A stretch of DNA of 64,000 nt from a virus, in IMG/VR virus record IMGVR_UViG_3300046514_000858, positions 1 through 64,000 of that record; one strand, 5' to 3'. The translations under genes and the position numbers were made by a program. The notes below the pieces were generated by a model that was given only the letters and a program-made list of their open reading frames with translations, did not search any database and was not told the origin of the DNA. How positions within the stretch are numbered: position 1 is the stretch's first letter; every line of letters begins with the position of its first letter. Positions 29,594 through 38,089 of this stretch are shown here, piece by piece.

Positions 29594-29809
29594 AATCCCC
29601 TAAGTGATCAGCCTCTGGTGCAGGGATCGAATCCCAGCGGGATCACGGCCGAGGATGAACCCTGATGAGGGGAGAACTCAGATCGCGAGTGAACTCGCCG
29701 ACAGAGAATAAGCGCCCCCGTATCTGCACGAATTCTAGACTCCCGTGCAGGGGCAAGGGTGACGAACCACCGGCCGATGCCGGGTAACAGGCTGATCACT
29801 TAGGGGATT
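29594..29809. ncRNA. 216-nt multi-hairpin element closed by a 21-bp perfect inverted repeat
   Basis: AATCCCCTAAGTGATCAGCCT (29594-29614) / AGGCTGATCACTTAGGGGATT (29789-29809); at least 5 internal hairpins; no credible ORF. Confidence 0.6.
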
Positions 29810-29876
29810 TTTGAATCGCTTTTCCTGTCATACCCTCCTCGTTCGGTCGTCTCTAATACGGCTGATGAAAGGAGAA

Positions 29877-30152
29877 ATGATGGGTGCCTCGCGACTGGTT
29901 CCGGTGATCGTGAAGTTCGTCTGCGCGGGAAACGTGGCTATGACGCCTTCCGCGTGGCAGTCGAAGTACTGCGGCAAGCCCAACGACGCGAATCTGGCCA
30001 AGCACATCGACCACCTCTCGAAGTCCTTCTTGCCCGGCGGTGTCAACGAGCACTGCGGCCCCACCAAGATCGTGTCCGCCGAGGTCATCCGTCAGTCGAC
30101 CGGTGAGGTGCTGGCGAAGTGGATGATGCCGATGTTCGAGGTGATCGCGTGA
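29877..30152 (+). CDS. hypothetical protein
   Basis: Class I promoter plus AAGGAG RBS. Confidence 0.6.
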   Translation: MMGASRLVPVIVKFVCAGNVAMTPSAWQSKYCGKPNDANLAKHIDHLSKSFLPGGVNEHCGPTKIVSAEVIRQSTGEVLAKWMMPMFEVIA

Positions 30153-30457
30153 GCGCCCCGACCTGCGGATGTCCGGTCGACGCACCCGAGGCCGACTCGA
30201 CCCAGTACCCGTGTCCCTGCGGGGATCATTGTCAGATTTGTAAGTGAAGTCAGAGGACACTATGAACAGCCTCGACAAGCAGATCGCCGCAGCCGACCGA
30301 GTATGGCGCGCACACGGGCAGCGCCTACTCGCTGTAGGCGCGATCTGGACACCCGTCCTGCAGCATCTCTTCGACATGAAGGAATACCTTGAATCCCAGC
30401 GTCGACATGCCCGGAAGTCCAAGCGTTCCTGTAAGAGTTGACTTCTTTCCGCAACCG

Positions 30458-30496
30458 CCCCCGGGATCGTACCACACACGATTCCGGGGGTTTTTT
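30458..30496 (+). terminator. intrinsic terminator
   Basis: CCCCCGGGATCGT / ACGATTCCGGGGG plus T6. Confidence 0.8.
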
Positions 30497-30550
30497 ATTG
30501 TTACGCTCCGCGCGCCGGGTCGTCTTACTCTCGTGATGAATGGAGGAAAA

Positions 30551-30763
30551 ATGATCGTGAGCAAGGAAGCCAAGGCCGCCGCGCGCGCCGAGAAGGCGCT
30601 GGACAAGCAGATCGAGGCCGAGTACTACAAGCAGGGCTCGGGCGTGATGGTCGACATCATGGACATCGGGAAAATCTTCCGCGACGTCAAGCTGGAGCTC
30701 GCCGCGGGGACGCCGTTGCCGACTGCCATTTCGGCAGCTATCGCCAAGTACCGCAAGAACTAG
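30551..30763 (+). CDS. hypothetical protein
   Basis: Class I promoter plus GGAGG RBS. Confidence 0.6.
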   Translation: MIVSKEAKAAARAEKALDKQIEAEYYKQGSGVMVDIMDIGKIFRDVKLELAAGTPLPTAISAAIAKYRKN

Positions 30764-31075
30764 ATTCCGTTTCCCGCGTCACTTTCCTGTTACGGCCGAT
30801 ACGGTGGGTCGTCTTACTTCCGTGATGAGAAAGATGATCGCGGCCCTGCGGGAGTGGTTCTCTGCGGGGCAGGTTGACCCGGCGGAGTTGAAGAAGGTGC
30901 TCGACGGGTTCTGGATCTAGCGGAAGGGAGACTCGGATGGAGATGAAGATGTCGGAAGGGGAGCTGCTGGTGATGGCGCTGGGCGGAGATCCGGCGGAAG
31001 CGTGGGAGCTGTTCGAGCCCGCCCCGGTGGCCCCCGCCCCGGCTCTGGTCTTGGTGGAAGCGTAAGGAGGATCGG

Positions 31076-31990
31076 ATGGCGAAGAAAGAAGAGAAGCTGA
31101 CCCCGGGCCTCGACAAGGTGAAGGCATCGCTCGACGCGACCTTCGCCCGTATCGAGCCCAAGCTGAAGAGCATCCTGCAGGCGGCCTACCGCAAGGACGC
31201 GGATCGAGCCTTCGCGGCTCTGATGGAGTACGCGCCGAAGGCCAAGACGGGAGACCGACTGGGTGAGTACGGTTCCCCGTCGGAAAATTACTACCACTGG
31301 ACCCAGTACGACAAGGACGCCGCCATGAAGGTGTGGTACGCGTCCTTCAAACGCACCGCCGACGACTCGGTGCCCGCCGCGGCTTACAAGACGATGCCTC
31401 CAGATCACATGCAGTCTTTCGCCGACATCGTGGAATGGGCCAAGTACCTCTCGGTCAGCTACCACAACGCTGACAAGCGCGCGAAGGATTCCGTCGAGAA
31501 CGCGCGGGACTCCTTCGTTCGGAAGAACGTCGCGAAGTTCGGCAACGTCCTCGTCGCCTGCGACATCACCACGGTCGACGGTCGCGTCGAGTGGAAGGGT
31601 GGATACTTCGAGGGCTTTCTGAAGATCGGCCTGCCGACCGGCCTGATCACGGCCGAGGTCTCCCTGAAGTACGTGCTGCGCCGGATCCCCCGGACGACGC
31701 CCTACTACCAGTATCCCCTGATCTTCCTCTGCGCCAAGATCGGCGAGAAGGAAATGAACCGTCCCTCGGAGGCCGAGCTCCGCGAGGCGCTCGGCAACGG
31801 CAAAGCCCCGACTCCCGCGGAGGTCTTCGCCGCCAAGGGCTACTGCCCCGGGTCCGGGAAGGAATCGCACCCGACGTTGAAGGCGTGGGGCCGCGACCGC
31901 AAGATTTGCAGCGAGTGCAAGGGCGTGTTCTACGCGAGCCCCACGTCCGGACTCGTGCGTGCCCACCGCGCCTACGTGAAGAAGAGCTAG
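31076..31990 (+). CDS. hypothetical protein with C-terminal zinc finger
   Basis: CPGSG...CSEC...H; AAGGAGG RBS. Confidence 0.7.
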   Translation: MAKKEEKLTPGLDKVKASLDATFARIEPKLKSILQAAYRKDADRAFAALMEYAPKAKTGDRLGEYGSPSENYYHWTQYDKDAAMKVWYASFKRTADDSVPAAAYKTMPPDHMQSFADIVEWAKYLSVSYHNADKRAKDSVENARDSFVRKNVAKFGNVLVACDITTVDGRVEWKGGYFEGFLKIGLPTGLITAEVSLKYVLRRIPRTTPYYQYPLIFLCAKIGEKEMNRPSEAELREALGNGKAPTPAEVFAAKGYCPGSGKESHPTLKAWGRDRKICSECKGVFYASPTSGLVRAHRAYVKKS

Positions 31991-31999
31991 GAGGATTCA

Positions 32000-32272
32000 A
32001 TGAGTCGCTACGACGAGAATTCGCCGCGCGCGCTGATCGCCAAGATCCGCGAGAGCTACAAGCAAAACTGCGTGATCGACATGCGCGGCTTCTGGATGCC
32101 CGCCGACGAGAGCGGCAAAGAGCCGGTGCAGCTCACGGACGAGCAGAAGCTCGCCGTCGAGACGCGTCTCAAGGACAACTTCCGGATCTGGTGGCAGACG
32201 TGGGTCGGCCCGCGGCTCGATATGATCGAAGACCGCGTCGTCAAGAATCGCAAGCCGATTCCTCCGGCCTAG
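32000..32272 (+). CDS. hypothetical protein
   Basis: GGAGG RBS. Confidence 0.55.
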   Translation: MSRYDENSPRALIAKIRESYKQNCVIDMRGFWMPADESGKEPVQLTDEQKLAVETRLKDNFRIWWQTWVGPRLDMIEDRVVKNRKPIPPA

Positions 32273-32545
32273 TCGCGTTCTTAGATGGTATGAACGTCAC
32301 AAGGTGGTACAAGACCTTCGCAGCAATCGCCGGGTGGAAGAAGCGCCGCCTTCATGATCGTGCCGAGTACGTCGGCACCGACTTCCGCTGCTTCGTGGTG
32401 AATCACGACGCGCTGGTGAGCTGGTCGCGCAAGTTCAAGTTCGATTTCTACATCAGCGACGACAAGGTGTCCATCCACGAGCCCGGACTCATCATCCACG
32501 CGGGCTGGATCGTCGCCGTGATCCGCTGGCCGTTCGGCCGTCGCA

Positions 32546-33079
32546 TCAGGTAGGCTTGGCCGCGTAGCGTTCCAGCGCCCCGAGGCTGCGCTTGGCGCGC
32601 TTCAGTCGCGTGGTGAGAGCCTTGATCTTCCGCTCCAGTCCCTTGATCTGCCGCTGGCGCTTCTCGATCTTCTTCGCCCGGATGTCAGCGATCAGCGGAG
32701 GAGGGATCGGCGGGAGCTCGGCTTTCTTCAGAGCGCCATTCATCCAGCCGTTCTTGATTGCCCATGCCCGCAGCTTCCGCTCGATCCGCGCGTGCACTTT
32801 CGAGTGGGGCCGCCCTCCGATCTTCTCGGTGTAGTACCAGTGCGAGAAGAGGTGGATCAGATCACCCCATCCCTTCTCGACGTTGACACGGAACTCGCTT
32901 CCGCGCAGCCACGTATAGCGGTTGCCGGAAGTCTCCGTGATCCGGTAGGGGAATTTGTGGCCGCTGAGATGTCGGTACATCTTCCGGACTGCTCGGGTGG
33001 CCTCGTCGAGGGTCAGTGGAGTGACCGGGTCGACCGGCTTGATCAGGTTCACTTTCTCGTACGCCTGCGCGATGTTCAC
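32546..33079 (-). CDS. hypothetical protein (HxxxH...H, SprT-like) with basic coiled-coil tail
   Basis: LIHLFSH...PHS; AGGAGG RBS; last gene of a minus-strand Class I operon. Confidence 0.55.
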   Translation of the reverse strand: MNIAQAYEKVNLIKPVDPVTPLTLDEATRAVRKMYRHLSGHKFPYRITETSGNRYTWLRGSEFRVNVEKGWGDLIHLFSHWYYTEKIGGRPHSKVHARIERKLRAWAIKNGWMNGALKKAELPPIPPPLIADIRAKKIEKRQRQIKGLERKIKALTTRLKRAKRSLGALERYAAKPT

Positions 33080-33088
33080 GCCGTCCTC

Positions 33089-33409
33089 CTAGAATTTCAA
33101 CTGGCCGTTGATCTTGTCCCGTAGATTCCTCGCAGCCACGAGCCGCCCGCGGGAATCGACGTCGTTGTTATCGCTCGCGATATCGATGATGCTTCCGCAA
33201 ACGGTCTCAGCCAACCACTTCGCATCGCGGTCATTCAACTCCAGCCACGACCGTGTCTCCTCCGCGCGCGCGAGGCGCGCGTACAGGTGCGTCGCATACC
33301 CCAGCGCGCAGGTCTTGTACTGCTCGACGCCCTCGTCTTCGATCCATGCTTCGAGGTCGTTCCACACCGCGCGTTCCTGAGCCCGCGTGACTTTCACCCG
33401 CACCGTCAT
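33089..33409 (-). CDS. hypothetical protein
   Basis: AAGGAG RBS before MTVRVKV. Confidence 0.55.
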   Translation of the reverse strand: MTVRVKVTRAQERAVWNDLEAWIEDEGVEQYKTCALGYATHLYARLARAEETRSWLELNDRDAKWLAETVCGSIIDIASDNNDVDSRGRLVAARNLRDKINGQLKF

Positions 33410-33419
33410 ATCTCTCCTT

Positions 33420-33623
33420 CTAGCTCTGGGCCAGAACCGCCAGTCCGAACACGATGGCCTTGTCGAACGCGTCGTCGTCCAGTTTCTCCAGTTTCTCCCA
33501 CGACTCCGCACTCACGAGGTACCCGTACTTCGGGATCACGCCCGAGGTTTTCGCGAAAATCTTGAAGCCCTTCTTGGTTTGCTGGGCTTTGAAATTCGCC
33601 GTCTCTTTCACCGCAACGCCCAT
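33420..33623 (-). CDS. hypothetical protein
   Basis: Class I promoter at 33687-33662 and GGAAAGGAG RBS. Confidence 0.6.
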   Translation of the reverse strand: MGVAVKETANFKAQQTKKGFKIFAKTSGVIPKYGYLVSAESWEKLEKLDDDAFDKAIVFGLAVLAQS

Positions 33624-33927
33624 GCCGATCTCCTTTCCACACGTACCGATCACGTAATATAGACGACCCACCCCGCCGATCATGACACGAAATCGCGATT
33701 ATCATTTTCTTTGTTATACCCGCCCGGGTGCGGCGTCTTACTGTCGTGATGAGCGAAGGAGGTCGAGTGAGTGTGAAGCGCGGGCCCGGGAAGAAGAGCT
33801 ACTGGCTGACCTGCTGGGCGATGAAGGCAAGCGCGGCTGGCATGCCCATGGAAGAGATCAAAGTGAAGATGGCGGAGATGAAGAAGAAGTCCATCGCCGA
33901 GATCATGGCGTGGACGAAGGAGAACTC

Positions 33928-34248
33928 ATGAAAGCGAAACTGAAGCGCCTCCCGGTGTACCGCTCGGCCCTCGGCGATTCCTCGAACGACGGGATCTCCG
34001 GGAAGGAATCCCACGTCTATCTGATCGAGCTCGACGGCTTGATCCCGCCCCAGATCCCGCTAGAGGCCGTCTTCCGCGCCGAACAGCGCGGTCCGAAGTA
34101 CTTCGCCCTGATTCCCTTCGTGTCGCCCGTCAAGATGTGCGGCCCGATGTTCGGCGGGAACCTCGCCATGGACGAGGATTCCGGCCGGATCTACAAGATC
34201 CACGACCGCTTCGAGACGCCGGAGCTGAATGCACTGTTGAGTTCTTGA
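33928..34248 (+). CDS. conserved-looking phage hypothetical protein
   Basis: D.SN.GIS...GPMFGGN...IHDRFE. Confidence 0.6.
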   Translation: MKAKLKRLPVYRSALGDSSNDGISGKESHVYLIELDGLIPPQIPLEAVFRAEQRGPKYFALIPFVSPVKMCGPMFGGNLAMDEDSGRIYKIHDRFETPELNALLSS

Positions 34249-34331
34249 CGCTTTTTCCTGTCACGGGCGTCGGGGTCGGGCGTCTCAGATACGTGGCGAT
34301 GATGATCGGAAACTGCGGAAAGGAGATCGGT

Positions 34332-34712
34332 ATGAGCGAGCTGAATCTGGTGGCCCTGTTCGGGAAGGCCCACGCGGCGGGGAACGCGGCGGCTGCGGCC
34401 TTGATCCCGGTTCCCATGATCGTCGCGGAGCACGCGAGTCCGCTGGATGACGCCTCCCCGGTGGTCCAGAGCTGGCAGGTGGAAGGCGGGGTGTGCGGCT
34501 TCGCGTGGGTGACGATCTCCCCCGGGACCTCGAAGGCAGCGCGGTTCGCGAAGGAGCACTACGGCGCGCGGAAGGGGTACTACGGCGGAATGGAGCTCCG
34601 GGTGTCCCAGTTCGGGCAGAGCATGCAGAAGAAGGAAGCCTACGCCGGAGCGTTCGCCGCGGTCCTGAGCGCCGCGGGGATCACGGCCTACTCCGGTTCT
34701 CGGATGGACTAA
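34332..34712 (+). CDS. conserved-looking phage hypothetical protein
   Basis: GVCGFAWV...QSM..KEAYA.AFA.VL...GI.A..SR.D. Confidence 0.7.
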   Translation: MSELNLVALFGKAHAAGNAAAAALIPVPMIVAEHASPLDDASPVVQSWQVEGGVCGFAWVTISPGTSKAARFAKEHYGARKGYYGGMELRVSQFGQSMQKKEAYAGAFAAVLSAAGITAYSGSRMD

Positions 34713-34748
34713 GCGCATTTCTTCCGAGATCACGCGTTCTTGTCTGGT

Positions 34749-35210
34749 GTGAAATGTACGCAATGTCCCCGTATCGCGCAATACGATAGGCGACGTTGTC
34801 CTAAGTGTTTGGCAACTTCGCGCGCTTGTGCTAGGGCATATTATGCCGCCAACCCCGAACGTGCTCGTGCTGCGGTTCGAGCCTATCAGGCAACTCACAA
34901 GGCGGCGCTGAGACTCTACAACCGAAAGTGGCGCACCAAGAAATGTCGGGAGTACAATTCTTGGGCGTGCATGATTCAGCGTTGCACAAATTCCAAACAC
35001 CATGCCTTTCACAACTACGGTGGCCGCGGCATTAAGGTCTGCGCGCGCTGGCGTAATTCCTTTGAGCACTTTCTCGCCGACATGGGTCCGCGGCCAAGTC
35101 CGAAGCATTCCATCGACCGCTTCCCCAACAACGACGGCGACTACGAGCCCGGCAACTGTCGCTGGGCTACGGCGAGAGAGCAGGCGCGTAATCAACGAGG
35201 GCGTGTATGA
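34749..35210 (+). CDS. HNH homing endonuclease
   Basis: W..MIQRC...YGGRGIKVC.RW...F..DMG.RP...SIDR..N.G.YEPGNCRWAT..EQ.RN; visibly lower GC. Confidence 0.85.
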   Translation: MKCTQCPRIAQYDRRRCPKCLATSRACARAYYAANPERARAAVRAYQATHKAALRLYNRKWRTKKCREYNSWACMIQRCTNSKHHAFHNYGGRGIKVCARWRNSFEHFLADMGPRPSPKHSIDRFPNNDGDYEPGNCRWATAREQARNQRGRV

Positions 35211-35473
35211 CCATAAAATTTATCGACGTCGACCAGAAAGCCATCGCGGATCGGGACCCGAACCCCATCAACATCCGCATCCGGACGCCGATGCCATCTC
35301 CCCTCGGAGAGTTCGCGTGCCTGCGCGCGCGCGAGGTATTTATCTCCGGCCCCAGTGAGATCCGCTACTGCCCGGTTCATCCCCAGCCGTTCGGTGCGCG
35401 CGTCTGGGTTCAGACCGATTCACCGATCATGTACAAGTCCAGCGAATTATTGGACTGGCAGCGAATCCCGTGA
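35207..35473 (+). CDS. hypothetical protein
   Basis: Coupled start; GPS...Y.P......GARVW. Confidence 0.55.
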   Translation: MTIKFIDVDQKAIADRDPNPINIRIRTPMPSPLGEFACLRAREVFISGPSEIRYCPVHPQPFGARVWVQTDSPIMYKSSELLDWQRIP

Positions 35474-35961
35474 ACTCCACGCTGGCCGCCCCGACCCTCG
35501 ATCTCAAGGTTGAGCCGATCCTGCGACCCGACGGCAAGGCCCGGGCCTACGCCATCAACGGGCGCATGCACACGCTGATCGACCGGGACAACCAGCGCTA
35601 TCTCTACCGCCTCGGGCGTTTCATCGTCAAGGTCGGCGTGCAGAGCAAGATGGAGGCCGCTCGCGCAGCCGGGTCGTGCGCCGGGTCGCCCTACTTCTGG
35701 CCGCTCGTCGGCTCGGGCAAGGTGAACGGCCTCAAGTACGACGACGTCTGGTGGACCGCGCAGGAGATCCTGCCGTTGAAGCGCGCGATCTACACCTACG
35801 ACCGGGACGAGTGGTGCGCGGCCTACCATGTGATCCTCGGGGTGGCCGCCGATCACCACATCTACGATATCGAGCTGGACGAATTCCCGGACGGCCTGAT
35901 GAGGCCGCACAACTGGACCATTTTCCGGGACACCCCGGTCATCTACGACTACGGCATGTAA
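35470..35961 (+). CDS. divergent protein-kinase-like fold protein
   Basis: FIVKV...E...W..QE...RPHNW...VIYDYG. Confidence 0.4.
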   Translation: MNSTLAAPTLDLKVEPILRPDGKARAYAINGRMHTLIDRDNQRYLYRLGRFIVKVGVQSKMEAARAAGSCAGSPYFWPLVGSGKVNGLKYDDVWWTAQEILPLKRAIYTYDRDEWCAAYHVILGVAADHHIYDIELDEFPDGLMRPHNWTIFRDTPVIYDYGM

Positions 35962-36249
35962 GGAGGACAACATGGGACAGCAGAAGAAAGACGCGCCCGT
36001 TCAGAAAACCCCCAAGAAGGGCAAGAGTGTGCACACGGTGCACTCCTCGGTGAAGTACGCCATCCGGCACGGCTACACGCCGGGATCGAGCCCGCGTCGC
36101 ACGGGCAAGCGCTGGAATTCCGGCCGTCGCGAGCGCATGCTCAACGCCCCGACGAAATCGGCGGGCCTGCCGAAGGTGCACTGACCGCCGCTTTTTCTGT
36201 TACGCCGCGCCTCCATGGTCGTCTCTATTACGTGATGAATGGAGGAAGC

Positions 36250-36720
36250 ATGGACGCCAAGGCAGCCGGTCCGATCAAGCAGGTCTGGGAAGGCGCGGTC
36301 GGGACGGCCAAGCGCTGTCGCGCGGTTCTAAAAGCCAAGTTCCCCGGCACCAAGTTCTCGGTCCGCTCCAAGACGTACTCCGGCGGATCCTCGGTTTACA
36401 TCGACTGGACCGATGGTCCCCTGACGGAAGCTGTCGACAAGCTCGTGAAACCCTTCGAGGGCGCGTCCTTCGACGGCATGGTCGACCTGATGAGCTACGT
36501 CGACGTGGTCGTGGTGGATGAGTCCGGCGAGCTGGTTCAGATCCACGGCGCGAACTACATCCTGACCCAGCGTTCCCGCTCGGCTGAGCGCGAGAAGCTG
36601 ATCGAGGCGGAGCTCCGGCAGTACTGGTGCGAGAAGGAAGCAGAGGAAGCGATCAAGTTCCACGACTGCCGCCTGTACGCGGAGTCGGAAGCTCGGATGA
36701 TGAAGGAGGGCAAGCTGTGA
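36250..36720 (+). CDS. LPD29-like (large polyvalent protein domain) protein
   Basis: LKAKFPGTKFSVRSKTYSGGSS..I.WTDGP...FDGM.D. Confidence 0.75.
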   Translation: MDAKAAGPIKQVWEGAVGTAKRCRAVLKAKFPGTKFSVRSKTYSGGSSVYIDWTDGPLTEAVDKLVKPFEGASFDGMVDLMSYVDVVVVDESGELVQIHGANYILTQRSRSAEREKLIEAELRQYWCEKEAEEAIKFHDCRLYAESEARMMKEGKL

Positions 36721-37052
36721 TGGATCAAGCGAAGATGGTCGGCGTGCTGGTGCTGGCTCGGGTCGCCGCGGAGGACTCCGTGCGTCCGTTCTCGGACGGC
36801 GGGACCTGCAATATGGATTCCTGCGTGATCGTCGCCCCGCCGGAGGTGAACATGGCGCTGGCGTGCGCCGCGGCCGGGCTGGGCTCCTACTACCGCGGAG
36901 GCAGCAAGAAGCGCGACATGTGGGCCGGGAAGTGGTTTCTGCACGCGCCCAAGGGCGGGCAGGGCGACGCCCGCACGAAGCAGGCCGAGGCGATGGACAA
37001 GGTCATGAAGGAGTACGGCATCGAGTCGACGGTGTACTACCAGATGGATTGA
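36720..37052 (+). CDS. hypothetical protein
   Basis: DGGTCNMD...QG..RT..AEAM...YY.MD. Confidence 0.6.
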   Translation: MDQAKMVGVLVLARVAAEDSVRPFSDGGTCNMDSCVIVAPPEVNMALACAAAGLGSYYRGGSKKRDMWAGKWFLHAPKGGQGDARTKQAEAMDKVMKEYGIESTVYYQMD

Positions 37053-37068
37053 TGGTCCAAGAGGGTGC

Positions 37069-37818
37069 ATGTTGAAAGCGTCTCGTCCCAGTTCTCCCTT
37101 CGACGACCCCTTCCGTAAGGGCAACGCGAACTCCGGCAACCATGGCCATTCCGGTCGCCCGGGCCAAGTCGGAGGCAGCGCCCCCGGCGGCGGGCAGAAC
37201 GCGGCGGTCAATCCCGTGATCCGGGCCCAGACCGAGCACGTCATGGCGCAGGCCCGGGCGATGGACAACAAGATCACGCCTCTGATCGCCATGACCGTCG
37301 ACACGAGCGGTGGCCAGATGATCGGTCTCGAACATCGCATCAAGACCTCGGCCGACCGCATCTCCCAGAAGATCGCCGAGAAGATGGCCACCGAGAATCT
37401 CACGCCTGAGCAGGCGCGTAACAACATCTACGACTCCCTCCGCTTCACGGCATCGTTCAGTCCGGACCAGTACACCGCCGGAGTGGAGAAGCTGTTGTCC
37501 AACCTCAAGGCGCAGGGTATCGAAGCAGCCCCGGGCAAGGACAAGAATTATTGGCCCCCGCCGCCCGGTGTCTACCACGGCCTCAACTACGTGATGACCG
37601 ACAAGAGCGGCTTCAAGTTCGAGCTCCAGTTCCACACGCCCGAGAGCTTTGCCATCAAGCAGCAGAACCACACCGTCTACGAAGCATTCCGGAACGCGGG
37701 AGGCAGCAAGGAGCAGCGCCTCCAGCTCTGGAACGAGATGAACCAGCGCTGGGCTGGCGTGACCGTGCCGCCGGGCGTCAAGCGGCTCGGCCGGTCGGTG
37801 AATCAGGAACAGGCATGA
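37069..37818 (+). CDS. RelA/SpoT-family toxic nucleotide pyrophosphokinase (Apk2/Tas1-like) with Gly-rich leader
   Basis: GLEHRIKT...KI, DSLRFT, KNYW, YHGLN, FELQFHTPES, H.VYE..R; N-terminus FDDPFRK|GNANSGNHGHSGRPGQVGGSAPG; GTCCAAG at 37055. Confidence 0.85.
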   Translation: MLKASRPSSPFDDPFRKGNANSGNHGHSGRPGQVGGSAPGGGQNAAVNPVIRAQTEHVMAQARAMDNKITPLIAMTVDTSGGQMIGLEHRIKTSADRISQKIAEKMATENLTPEQARNNIYDSLRFTASFSPDQYTAGVEKLLSNLKAQGIEAAPGKDKNYWPPPPGVYHGLNYVMTDKSGFKFELQFHTPESFAIKQQNHTVYEAFRNAGGSKEQRLQLWNEMNQRWAGVTVPPGVKRLGRSVNQEQA

Positions 37819-37828
37819 GGAGGATGGT

Positions 37829-38059
37829 ATGACGAAGATCCGCTACTTCGAGTTGCAGCCCGCCACGGAACCCAAGCCGACCGGGATCCTGCGCCTCACG
37901 ATCACGGACACCCAGCTCACGCTGGAGCACTACGATCCCAAGTCGGCCACATGGATCGATGACCCCAAGGCCCTCGACTTCCTCAACGGCGACGACGCCG
38001 ACGCCGAGGAGATCCCGTCGGGCGAGGCCCTCAAGTTGATCTTGCAGCTCACCGTCTGA
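37829..38059 (+). CDS. cognate immunity protein (IapK-like)
   Basis: 76 aa, acidic; RYF...LRL...E.Y...W...G....EEI...EA..LI; own GAGGAGG RBS directly after the toxin. Confidence 0.65.
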   Translation: MTKIRYFELQPATEPKPTGILRLTITDTQLTLEHYDPKSATWIDDPKALDFLNGDDADAEEIPSGEALKLILQLTV

Positions 38060-38089
38060 TTTGTAGCATCTGGCGGCGTTCCTACAAGT

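Noticed and set aside
29662-29690. CTGATGA as a hammerhead ribozyme core
   Set aside because: No GAAA follows a stem II and no compatible stems I/III were found
29594-29809. IR-bounded element as an IS or MITE
   Set aside because: No target-site duplication, no transposase and a single copy in the window; kept only as an alternative
21006-36223. Recurrent TTTCCTGAAACG...CGTCT motifs as a CRISPR array or attC-like cassette sites
   Set aside because: Spacing is gene-sized and irregular, the 16-nt middle is variable, there is no palindromic structure, and no cas or integron integrase genes; fixed bipartite spacing before starts fits promoters
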